From positions 496,001-560,000 of the forward strand of contig JBNJNM010000023.1 of NCBI GenBank assembly GCA_052426225.1: DNA of 64,000 nucleotides, written 5' to 3'. A program made the translations under genes and the position numbers. Of the stretch, positions 24,135-35,400 are shown in pieces. Within the stretch, counting starts at the first letter, position 1. The number at the start of each line of letters is the position of its first letter. This stretch comes from Zancudomyces culisetae HAW-14-8. Taxonomy: Eukaryota; Fungi; Kickxellomycota. A model generated the notes under the pieces. It had not been told where the DNA came from, ran no database searches, and saw only the letters and a list, made by a program, of their open reading frames with translations.

Positions 24135-26753
24135 ATGAAAGTTTTAATAATTACTCTAATACTTGCTTCGCTGAGAGTAGGAGTAAACGCAGCCGCAATA
24201 CGCTATGAGCCAATGCAACTTAGAGACTACGAACCAGCTACAGGTCAGGATACGACATATTCACATACAGTAGAGGATTTATACCCAGATACTACTAATG
24301 TAAATGAGTATACATCAGAGGTCCGTCCAAAATACTACCGAAGAAGATATGGCGGTGGTGGTGGTGGTGGTCGTGGAGGAGGTGGAGGAGGTGGAGGATT
24401 TAGCGGAGGACGAGGAGGAGGTGGAGGATTTGGCGGAGGACGAGGAGGAGGTGGAGGATTTGGCGGAGGATATGGAGGCGGAGGATTTAGTGGGGGACGT
24501 GGAGGCATGGGTGGATTAAGTGGGGGACGAGGAGGAGGTGGAGGATTTGGAGGCGGAGGATTTAGTGGAGGACGTGGAGGCATGGGCGGATCAAGTGAGG
24601 GATATGGTGGACGTGGAGGACGTGGTGGAAGTGGTGAACGTCAAAGAACTGGAGGAGCTAATGGAGAACGTGGAGGACGTGGACAACGTCAAGGAGCTGG
24701 AGGAGATAGTGGAGATAGTGGAGGACGTGATAATAACCAAGTAAGCGGAGGAAGCAATGGAAATGAAGCTGGAAGCACGAGCCCAAATCAAAAAAATTCA
24801 GCACCTGAAAGCAGTAGTGGAGGTGCCAATACTGCAAACGTTGGTGCCGCAAGTAGTGATTCAGGTAGAACTGCTAGAGCACTTGGAAATGATAGTAGCA
24901 ATAGCAATGGTAACATCGGAATTAATAATGGTATTGGCAATAGCAATGGCAGCTCAGGAAATGGTAATAACAACATCGGAAATGGCAATGGTAACGGCAA
25001 CACCGGTAATGACAATGGCAGTGGCAACACTGGAGATAATAATGGCAGTGGAAACACCGGAAATGGTAATGGCAATACAAACAATGGAGATGGAAATGGT
25101 AATGGCAATACCGGAGATAGCAATGGTAATGCAAACACCGGAGATAATAATGGTAATGCAAACACCGGAGGTGGAAATGGCGATGGTAACATTGGAAATG
25201 AAAATGGTAATGGCAACACCGGAGATAACAATGGTGGTTTCAATACTGGAGATAACAATGGCAGTGGCAACACTGGAAGTGGTAATGGCAATAAAAACGA
25301 TGGAGATGGAAATGGTAATGGCAATACAGGAGATAGCAATGGAAATGAAAACACCGGAGATAATAATGGTAATGCAAACACCGGAGGTGGAAATGGCGAT
25401 GGTAACATTGGAAATGAAAATGGTAATGGCAACACCGGAGATAACAATGGTGGTTTCAATAGCGGTGATAATAATGGCAGTGGCAACACTGGAAGTGGTA
25501 ATGGCAATAAAAACGATGGAGATGGAAATGGTAATGGCAACACCGGAGATAGTAATGGTAATGAAAACACTGGAGATAATAATGGTAATGAGAACACTGG
25601 GGGTGGAAATGGCGATGGTAACATTGGAAATGAAAATGGTAATGGCAACACCGGAGATAACAATGGTGGTTTCAATACTGGAGATAACAATGGCAGTGGC
25701 AACACTGGAAGTGGTAATGGCAATAAAAACGATGGAGATGGAAATGGTAATGGCAACACCGGAGATAGTAATGGTAATGAAAACACCGGAGATAATAATG
25801 GTAATGAGAACACTGGGGGTGGAAATGGCGATGGTAACATTGGAAATGAAAATGGTAATGGCAACACCGGAGATAACAATGGTGGTTTCAATACTGGAGA
25901 TAACAATGGCAGTGGTAACACTGGAAGTGGTAATGGCAATAAAAACGATGGAGATGGAAATGGCAATGGCAATACAGGAGATAGCAATGGTAATGGTAAC
26001 ACTGGGGATAGCAATGGAAATGAAAACACTGGAGAAAATAATGGCAATAACAACAACGGAGACGAAAATGGCAATGGCAACAACGGGAATGACAATGGTA
26101 ATGGCAACACCGGAAATAACAACGGTAATGGCAACGCAGGAGATAACAACGGTAATGGCAACATCGGAGATAACAATGGTAATGGTAACGGTGGAGGAGG
26201 AGGAGGCGGTGGTGGAGGAGGTGGAGGAGGTGGAGGTGGAGGTGGAGGTGGAGGTGGAGGTGGAGGTGGAGGTGGAGGTGGAGGTGGAGGTGGAGGAGGA
26301 GGAGGAGGAGGAGGTGGTGGAGGAGGTGGAGGTGGAGGAGGTGGAGGAGGTGGAGGTGGAGGTGGAGGAGGTGGAGGCGGAGGAGGTGGAGGCGGAGGAG
26401 GTGGAGGACATGGGCATGGACATGGTCATGGTCATGGACATAAAGATAAGCACCGACATGGCCATGGTCGCGTTAATCGCGGATACTTTGGAGTTGAAAT
26501 CCCTGTGGTTGCGGATGTGGTTGCAGATGTGGTTGGCGTTCAGGCTGTTGTTGACACCTATGACACCAATAAAGACTGTGCTTATGATGAATACGGCGAT
26601 GATAATAAGTGCAGTAAAACTTATACAGCCGAACCTGAATCCTATACAGCCGAACCTAAAGCCTATAAAGCCGAACCTAAAGCCTATAAAGCCGAACCTA
26701 AATCCTATTCAAGCGAACTTGAAATCTACGCCACCAAAACACAATCTGACTAA
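24135..26753 (+). CDS. Secreted Gly/Asn-rich repeat protein (RGG region, GxxNxGxxN nonapeptide array, poly-Gly, GH tract, AEPKAYK repeats)
   Basis: 872-aa ORF with an A-rich start context and signal-peptide-like MKVLIITLILASLRVGVNA. Synonymous variation between repeat units preserves this frame. Confidence 0.85.
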   Translation: MKVLIITLILASLRVGVNAAAIRYEPMQLRDYEPATGQDTTYSHTVEDLYPDTTNVNEYTSEVRPKYYRRRYGGGGGGGRGGGGGGGGFSGGRGGGGGFGGGRGGGGGFGGGYGGGGFSGGRGGMGGLSGGRGGGGGFGGGGFSGGRGGMGGSSEGYGGRGGRGGSGERQRTGGANGERGGRGQRQGAGGDSGDSGGRDNNQVSGGSNGNEAGSTSPNQKNSAPESSSGGANTANVGAASSDSGRTARALGNDSSNSNGNIGINNGIGNSNGSSGNGNNNIGNGNGNGNTGNDNGSGNTGDNNGSGNTGNGNGNTNNGDGNGNGNTGDSNGNANTGDNNGNANTGGGNGDGNIGNENGNGNTGDNNGGFNTGDNNGSGNTGSGNGNKNDGDGNGNGNTGDSNGNENTGDNNGNANTGGGNGDGNIGNENGNGNTGDNNGGFNSGDNNGSGNTGSGNGNKNDGDGNGNGNTGDSNGNENTGDNNGNENTGGGNGDGNIGNENGNGNTGDNNGGFNTGDNNGSGNTGSGNGNKNDGDGNGNGNTGDSNGNENTGDNNGNENTGGGNGDGNIGNENGNGNTGDNNGGFNTGDNNGSGNTGSGNGNKNDGDGNGNGNTGDSNGNGNTGDSNGNENTGENNGNNNNGDENGNGNNGNDNGNGNTGNNNGNGNAGDNNGNGNIGDNNGNGNGGGGGGGGGGGGGGGGGGGGGGGGGGGGGGGGGGGGGGGGGGGGGGGGGGGGGGGGGGGGGGGGGGGGGGGGGHGHGHGHGHGHKDKHRHGHGRVNRGYFGVEIPVVADVVADVVGVQAVVDTYDTNKDCAYDEYGDDNKCSKTYTAEPESYTAEPKAYKAEPKAYKAEPKSYSSELEIYATKTQSD
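25000..26190 (+). repeat. 27-bp coding repeat array with a 216-bp higher-order unit (about 4 copies)
   Basis: GGCGATGGTAACATTGGAAATGAAAAT recurs at 25179, 25395, 25611 and 25827; each unit is 8 x 9 codons. Confidence 0.95.
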
Positions 26754-28729
26754 TTTATTTAAACACAAATATTTATTTGTTTTTATCCCCGATGTTGGGG
26801 GTTGATACCACATTTCGATTAGACATTATTTGTTGTCTTTTTTACGGTTTATAAATAGTTATTCGACAAATAAGTTTATAAAGACTAGTAAATAATTAAA
26901 ATTATAAAAACCGTAATGCCAGGTGCATGTAATATCCGTTTCTCATATTTATAAATACCTTTCTTGCCTTTTCCACTTTCCAAGACAAGGCAAATTGCGT
27001 CTTAAAAATACTATCCCGCTTTTTTTTTCCACCCCCTTCACTTTTTAATTATTCTAGCAAAGAAGAAAGGGAAACTATTAAATAATCCACAACAAATCTG
27101 AACAGTAAAACCATAACCAACAACTGTTTTTTATAAACAGTAGTTTGTATCTTATATAATACTGATGTACTGATATACTGATAGACTGAAATCATAATTT
27201 TTGGTTCATCGAAGGATGGTAAGGCTGGGGCCACGAGAAAAATGGTGCGAGTTAACAACCAGAAGCGCTGCCCGTTTAAATGAGAAATATTCACTTTTTT
27301 GTTTCATAAACACACTTTTATAGTGCTAATTATCTTAAACTCAAAATATTGCAAGAGTTTTGACTATTACATTAATATGGTCAAAGATGAATTATAAAAT
27401 GTATTTGCTAGATAAACCTATTGTTGACTTGTAATAAGTAACTTGGTAAAAAAAATTCATAGCATACTATGTTGATAAAAAATGTACGGCCACTAGTGCT
27501 CAGGCACTCACGTTTATGGCCAGGTATGTTACTTTTTACAAAAAACAAGGTTTTGTTCCATAGTTTTCTGAAAGAATTTGAGTAGTTGAAGGCACACAAC
27601 TCTCAAGTGGTTCATTACTAATCATGATTCAGTATTCAGGTGAACTATCTTGTATCTGATGTATGACTTTATTAGTGTATATATTAGCTATTGAGCGATT
27701 TGTGTTAAATGGTAAAAATATCATTAACTAGGCTGCTTAGCATTGGAGTTACTTGAGTAGAAGCCGGTAAAAAAGCGGGACCTTGTAGGCATCATTAAAA
27801 AAAAAAAGTGAACAGCGCTTTTAAAGCTTCCATAAAGGATATGGTTAGAATGGAACAACTAAACTTGAACTTGAGTGGAATAAGAAAGCAGGCTTCATTT
27901 GAACCAAACTGGTTTTGTGATTTGGGAATTTTGTCGACTTTTGAGTACCTTGGCTTTCTTTTATATTTTTTTTCATTTTATCATTTTTCTTATACTCTTT
28001 TGGAACTCTGTAATCGTTTAGCTCTTATAGAGTCACTATTTTTTTGTGTAGCATTCTGTTTTTCCACAAATTTGCATCCATATTTTGTCATCTCAGGCTA
28101 GGGTTGGTTCATTTTCCTCATTCCAATAGGATTATCATCCCAATATTACCGTTCTAGAAAAAAAAAGACAATCCGCTAGTAGTATTTCTTCCAATTAGTT
28201 ACAAGTAATTGGTGAAATTTTGTGGGTAAACTGTTTTTCAGTCTCATTAAAGATCAATTTTATAGTTGAGGAGTTGGTTACTACTATTATTGGTGACAAT
28301 TTGAAATAAAAATAATGAAGGCAAAAAGATGATTCCAATAAGAATAATTGTTATTTAAACGCTAAATCATGTTTTTCACTAGCTAAAAATGAAAGTTTGG
28401 GTCCAAACTCAATCGTTTTTCCTGCACCATATTTCTATCTCCCCATATAAAATTGATATATATACTATTGTATTTTCTTACTCTTTACATTAGCCACATT
28501 TTGACAGTATATAATAATTTATAAACAGTTAAAAAATGTATGCTTTGAAATTTTGTAGGTTATATGATAAAACCTAATAGTGTCATATGAAAATTCATAT
28601 ACGCCGTTTTAGTTTAAACAAATATAGCTTGATTGAAATATATAAAATATAATAACTGAACAAAGTAGAAAATTAAGCAAAAGGGTCTTATTATATATAT
28701 AATACTTAATTAGGATCCAAACTGTTTTA

Positions 28730-31043
28730 TTTTTTTTTTTACTGAATTTTATTTATGTTGCATAAATTAAATAATTTTAAAGGTTTAAAGCATTACCCCG
28801 ATCAAAAAATTATTCTAAACTTTTAAAATTCTTTAAAAAATATATTCTTAATACGCTCAATATAGGTTAAAAATAAAACGAAAAGGACGAAACGACTATT
28901 CATCGACTTGGCTTTCCTCTCCTGGCTCGATAGAAAACCACGAACATTTGACCTTGAGCCATGTTCATTTAAATCTATTGAGCGTTTGGTACTTGTAATC
29001 TTGGTTGGTCTTTTCTCGAAGCATTCCAATAAAACGATGGTACATTTCAGTCCCGTTAAGGTTGACATTCGATAACGAGCTCTCGGTTTGCGCGCGGTGA
29101 ATGTTCCATATTTCTAAAGCATTTAGAGTTGTCCTTCCAGGTATTTTTCCTTTATATTTATTAAGCATATTGTAGATGTCCAGTATATTTATATTGTTTT
29201 CTGTACTGTTTTCTGTTGTATTTTCTCTTATGTTTTCCTCTTTTCTTTCTTCAATAAACTCGCATATATATTTCCGTATTCTTTCATACGACTGCAGTCG
29301 TAAAATATAATTATATTCTATATCTTCTTTTTTGCAGAAACTACATCGACTATATGTCATGGCCAATCAGGTGACATCTAACCTCCCATAACATTTATTC
29401 TAATATTTTTAGTATTTAATTAATAACATTTGCCTAGCTGTAATTCCTTAAAAATTACAACCTGTTTAACTAATAAAACTCGTTCTGTGACACTATGGCC
29501 ATGTATTTTTCCACTGCTCATGTTCCATGTTTTTATATCCTTTCCTGTTAAAATTCCTCCGTGATATAGCAGCCTTAAAAAACTCTTTATTTTTGGCTGT
29601 AAATTTAGTGTTCGGATTTGTTTCCAACAAAATCCTTCTAAACTGCTGGCTTCTATTTCCATTTTTATGTAGTATGGCTCTACTTTTTGCCTTTGCCCTG
29701 TTTATATAAGTTGCCCCTCTAGGTATTGCCGTGTCATCTTTGTTGTGTAGGACCATTCTACACTATCAAAAATGGTTAGAATTTCTTTTGGTATCCTGGT
29801 TAGTTTTGCTTAATTACAGTCGAAAAAAAATTGTTTTCATCATTTATACTTAAATAAATATCTTTGATTACGATCCAATTACAATTGTTTATTTCGATAT
29901 ATTATCGTTACTCAAAATTTTTTTGCAATTACCGAAGAATTCGGTTACATTTCTTAACCCAAAAGCTACAATAATATTACAACTTTAATGTATAATGATT
30001 ATCAATCAAATTCTTAACAAAAATACGCTTAGAATTTATTTTTCAAATAATTCCCAATTTTTAACTTTTGTGATATCGTTTTTGATGAATTTTTTGAAAA
30101 ATTAGCAAATTTTGACCAGAAATAATCCGTTTTTGGCAAATTTTGAGTAATTTTTCCATCAAAAAAGTGTCTGAGAGCTCAATATCACCACTAAAATATA
30201 ATTTGAGTTAATGACTAAGTATAATTGGTTTTCCGCTATATCTTGCCACAAAAATTTGCCATTTTCAATATTTTCTATTAACCTCGAAATATTTTCAAAT
30301 CCCCATTTAAAAAATAAGGAATTCAACTGGGAATCAATGGGGATTAGTCCCCAACCACCCAAATCCTCAGGGAGTATTAGTTTTTCGATCCCAATTCTTG
30401 ATTTTTTACCGTTCTAAATAAACTTCTTGACTAATCTTTTGAGTTTGTCTTTGAAATGCTTACTAAACGGTATAACCTGGGCACTGAACCAAACTTTAGA
30501 TAGTAAAAAGGTATTAGTTAGCAAAATCTTGCCGGATATTGATAGATGCCTCTTGCTTAGTATTTTAGCCTTTGCGTCTATATCCGAAAGCAGCTTGTCC
30601 TCCATAAATTTTTGGTTAATTCCATAAGAGTTAAAAGTGATTCCCAAGTATCTGAAATTTGCTTCCTTATCCAACACAGAGTAAAACCCATCAATGGCAG
30701 ATGGTTTTCCGATGCTGATGGCTAATGTTTTACCCCGATTAACCCTTGCATTAGATGCCTTGCAATGCAGCTCCAGTCCCATTTCAAGAATGTCTGCATC
30801 ATCCCTGTCACTAATACCTACAGATATGTCATCCGCATATGCGGATGTCCTGTATTCGAGTCCAATTGTCTTCAAACCTTTGAGCATGACTCGCAGGTAC
30901 ACCAATAAAGGTTCTATAACGATGTTTAAAGCAACGGTGACAGCGGGTCGCCCTGACGGAGACCTCTGGTGATCTCCATGGGCTCTGTAAGTCCGCCATT
31001 GATCTTTACTCTTGTTTTAGCTTCCGTGTATAATGTTTTAAGA
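28730..31043 (-). mobile_element. 5'-truncated decayed L1/Tx1-like non-LTR retrotransposon
   Basis: RT motifs SAYADD and FRYLGI, then LSISGKILLTNTFLLSKVWF, GGWGL and a degenerate C-terminal CSFC. Poly(A) on the minus strand near 28730-28740. Many frameshifts. Confidence 0.85.
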
Positions 31044-31045
31044 TA

Positions 31046-32994
31046 CAGTTAGTCTCAAACTGTTTCAATGTTTGCTAAAAAATGTCTATTGTAAATTATT
31101 AATAATAATATACTTATAAGCTTAATTATACATAATATTAATAAATAATAACTTATTTACATAAAGTAAATTTTATATTGAATAAAAAACGATCGAGATA
31201 ATATATATTATACAAATTAAACATTTTAACAGTTATGAAACTTTATCAATAATTATAAAGTATATTAAAATTATGAATAATAATTTTCATGAATCAATCA
31301 TGACAATTGGGGGAAACTCAAAAATCTATTAGGTTTTGGGGCTAAACTAAAATGAAATTAATTTTGAGTAAAAGCAAAATTAACCACATTAGTGAAAAAA
31401 TATAATATCCACATTTTGGGTAAACTAAATTGGTTAATAATTTTTTTCAATTCCACAACCCCCAACTCCATATTAAGTTACATTTAATATCGTGTTGTGC
31501 TACTTTGTTTCATTCCTAGCTATTTTTTTGCATTATATTATTATCGAATTTGATAGATAGTTTTAAAACTATAAATACGTAGTATTTAAATTGATAATGT
31601 TCTATATCAATAAAATATCAACTTTTTTTAACTTCATTTTTCAAATATAAATTAAATAATTTATCACTAGTAGTTAAGTCCTGACAATAATCAAATTCTT
31701 TAAAATCTAGGAACACATGTGTACTACATTAATATAAAAATCCTTAAATACATTATAAAAAAGTTATCTAGCCAAATGTATGGCAAAATCCAAAATGCTA
31801 AACTGTAAGGCAAAAGTTATTGCTAGATCTCAATATCATGTAGAGTCAGCAATTCAAAAATTTCAAGAGTTAAAGCTAATATGAGTAATAATATCCAAGC
31901 TTACTCAGGAGATAGATAAACTAAGCTTTATCCATAAAACAAGCGAATGTGTACTGGGATGATATTTTCCGGTGAGTATCGATCAGCTACTTCGATACAA
32001 AAGAAGTTAGAAATGGATAATGTTGTAAGTGATAGTAAGTCTACAATTTATAGGGCTTTTAATGAACTAAAAGCCGTTGCAAAAAAGAAGACCTCCAAAC
32101 CGAAACTGAGCCTTAAAAATATTGCTAAAAGGTTGAGATTCGCAAAATCTCATCGCCACTGGACTACTGATGATTGGAGGCGAGTAATTAGGTCAGACAA
32201 AACTAAAATAACCGATTTGGATCTGATGGAAATGAATGGACTTGGGTTCGTGATGGTGTGAGTCCTCAGCCGCACAATATTATCCAGACCGTAAAACTCG
32301 GTGGTGGATCATTAATGATTTGGGGATGATCACAGCATTTGGAACTGGCTACATGTGCCGAATAGAAGGAATGTTGAACAAGGAAGGTTATTTAAACATT
32401 TTAAAAGACGAGCTTAGCAATACAATAAAGTACTACAAGTTGGATCCCAAGTCAATAATATTTCAACATGACAATGATCCTAAACATACCGCGAAGTTAG
32501 TTACCAGCTGGCTTGAAAACCAGGAATTAATACATTGGACTGGCCGTCACAATCTCCAGACTTCAACCCAATCGAAACTATATATGCAATCATCAAAAGA
32601 CGCCTAAATAGATACAGTAAACCTCCGTCCGGGATGATCGAATTATGGGAGCGAATAGTAACGGAATGGAATTTAATTACAGTGGAAACAATACTTGGTC
32701 TTATATATAGTATGCCCAAAAGAGTTGAGGCAGTTATCAAGTCTAAAGGAAGGTGGACAGAATTTTAAAGTTATTTTTTGAAAAATTCCCAAAATTGTCT
32801 CATTATTTAAAATTTTTTCAGTTTATAATGTTATAATGAATTTTTAACCAATAATGATACTAATTATATAAAATTAAAAAATACCAATTGTGCATTATAT
32901 TATATAAAATTATCTAAATTCTGGATATTATTGAGCGAGATATTACACTTTGAAAATTATTATCATTATTTTGAGACATTTATGAAACTCACTG
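31046..32994 (+). mobile_element. Tc1/mariner DNA transposon with frameshifted transposase (~31780-32768)
   Basis: RLRFAKSHRHWTTDDWRRVIRSD, FQHDNDPKH and WPSQSPDFNPIE. Termini TA|CAGTTAGTCTCA...TGAAACTCACTG|TA are imperfect. Confidence 0.85.
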
Positions 32995-32996
32995 TA

Positions 32997-33350
32997 TGGT
33001 AAAGATCATTTCCTTATTTACTTGATTCAATATATAGCAAGTCCGTGGCTGTGGGTAAATTTGCTAGTATTTTGGGAGTAATAAATGTAAAGATTTCGTT
33101 AACCCCGTAGTTGGCATAAAAAGGACTAAACTTTGTGGTGGAATGTTGGGCATTGTTGTAGGCGAATGCCGCCAGAGGGAGCAAGTCTGGCCAGTTATCT
33201 TGGTTGTAGTTGCAGAGATTCTTAAGTATTGTTATAATAATTGGTTAACGCGCTCCGTTTGACTGTCGGATTGCGGATAAAATGCTGTTGAAAGGTTCGG
33301 CTTGTGTGTAATAGCTTCATGCGGCTCGACCAAAATTTGGAAGTAAAGAT
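32997..33350 (-). mobile_element. Ty3/Gypsy integrase fragment
   Basis: Minus-strand translation includes FTSKFW, STAFYPQSDSQTERVNQ and AFAYNNAQHSTTKFSPFYANYG. Confidence 0.85.
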
Positions 33351-33641
33351 AGATATTTAGTATTCACGATTTAATAGGATGATGTCATGACAGGTGTAGA
33401 AATATGTAGTTTTGTATTATTAATATTGATATGTGACATTTTTGATATATGTGGATTAGAAATAATATAATATATACGGGTGGTTGCTATTCATTACTAA
33501 CGGTAAGTTATTAAAATGATATTATTGTTAATATGATTTAATTATTATTCAAAATGTATTAGACAATACATATATTTTATATTTTTAATTTATATTAACA
33601 TTTCTAGATTATTATTGTAAATATCGCAATAATATACACAA

Positions 33642-35400
33642 TGTTATGAATAGAACGTAGTTCTATAATTTATTTTTAATTAATTTTATTTCTATTTTAG
33701 TTTAATTAAATTAGTAAGTTGAATTTCCATTTTAGTAAAGTTACATAAATTGATTTAGGTAATCATGAAATTAATTTATTACCAATTCGATTTTTAGTAA
33801 CTGTTTTTATTTTACATAAACCAAAACAACACAATGTTGAACTAAACCCCAACATTGAAAATCATGAAACTAATCAAGGGTCAAACTCCTTGAATGTTTA
33901 TCGAAGTAAGAAAATATTTTTTCTTCGATAAACAAGGTCTTGCGACCTTGGTTTTTTTCATGAAATTTTTGCTGACGAAAAAGTATATAAACCTAACGAA
34001 TTTCGTTGTGGAAATGGTCAGTGAAAAATATTCACTTTAGTTTAATAAAGTTAATATATTTCTTAAAACAAGTTCATTAAATAAAATATATCTAGTTCTA
34101 ACACACAAATATATCGTAAACATTCGTAATTTTAACAAATCAATAATATAAGTAGGCACATCAGTCTAGAATTTTATTGCGTTTTAAGTTTATGACCAAT
34201 CTCCCTCTTTAATGGTGAGCACCGCGAGGCTAAGGTCTTGTAGGGTTCCGCAGATGATAGGCCTTGACCATCTCTTGTGCATTTTCTAAGTTTATGGCAG
34301 GTTCCCACGATCTAGAGTCTATATCGTATCCCTTCCAATCAACTAGGTACTCAAGCTTGTTGTACCTGACTCTGCTATCAAGTATCTGTTCTACTTCATA
34401 TTCATTTTGACCATTTATAACTATAGGGGGAGGGGTTTCTTGAATACGATCCATGGTTTCTTTTCTTACGACTGGTTCCAGAAGTGAGACATTGAATACT
34501 GGATGTATGCGCATGGAGTCCGGCAGTTCCAACTTGTAGGCAGAGTTTCCAACTTTTTGGATGACTTTGTATGGACCAATTTTAGTATAATCCAACTTGT
34601 TGTTTGGTCTAGTAGTTTTGAAGTATTTTTTGTTGAGTCATACAAATGAACCGATAGGGAAGTCAGGGGGTTGCATTCTTTTCTTGTTATATGCTTTAGC
34701 ATATCTAGTATTAGCTTCTTTTATATTTTGGATCAACTTTTTATGTGTAATAGAAATGATGGAAGCGAGGTCAGATGCTGCGGGTGAATGTGATATGGAT
34801 GATATCTTTAAGTTGGGGAGAGAAGTTGGATGGTATCCAAAGTTAGCGAAGAAAGGGCTGAACTTCGTTGTAGAATGTTGTGAGTTGTTATAGGAGTATT
34901 CAGCTAGCGACAGCAGCTCGGACCAGTTGTTTTGATTGTAGTTACAGTAGAATCGTAGGTATTGTTCTAAAACCTGGTTGACACGCTCGGTTTGGCCATC
35001 TGACTGAGGATGAAAGGCTGTGGATAAATTTGTTTTTATGTTTAGTAGTTTCATGAGGGTTGACCAAAATTTTGAAGTAAATATAGAACCTCTGTCAGAT
35101 ACAATATTTGTGGGGAGACCATGTAGTCGGTATATGTGAGTGAGAAACAGTATAGCAGTTTGGGAAGCACTAATCGTATTTGTTGTTGGTATAAAATGGG
35201 ACATCTTAGTAAACCGATCTACAAAAACTATGATAGCTATATATCCATGGGAGTCAGGTAAGCTAACAATAAAATTCATAGATATGGACTCCCATGGTGT
35301 AAGGGGCACTGGTAGAGAATTCAGGTATCCATAATGGTTAAGTCGTGAAATTATGCATCCAATGCATAGATCGCACGTTGCAATGTCTAATTCTACTAAA
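33642..35400 (-). mobile_element. 3' part of a chromovirus (Ty3/Gypsy): integrase, chromodomain, PPT and 3' LTR (~33642-34198)
   Basis: Integrase core 34638-35309, GPY/F motif and chromodomain EYEVEQILDSR...YLVDWKGY...SWEP (34230-34595). Polypurine tract AAAGAGGGAG at 34201-34210 (minus). Confidence 0.9.
33835..34103. mobile_element. Solo LTR (269 bp) nested in the 3' LTR of the chromovirus
   Basis: TGTTGAACTA...TAGTTCTAACA flanked by TSD CACAA (33830-33834, 34104-34108). Confidence 0.88.

Noticed and set aside
25000-26190. CRISPR-like periodic array
   Set aside because: In-frame coding tandem repeat without unique spacers; eukaryotic context with no cas genes.
24757-26805. Long alternative-frame and antisense ORFs (682, 462, 503 aa)
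   Set aside because: By-products of repetitive GGN/AAY codons in the real Gly/Asn protein; they coincide almost entirely with the repeat region.
27049-28150. Short ORFs downstream of the repeat-protein gene
   Set aside because: No recognisable domain; consistent with chance ORFs or unidentifiable relics.
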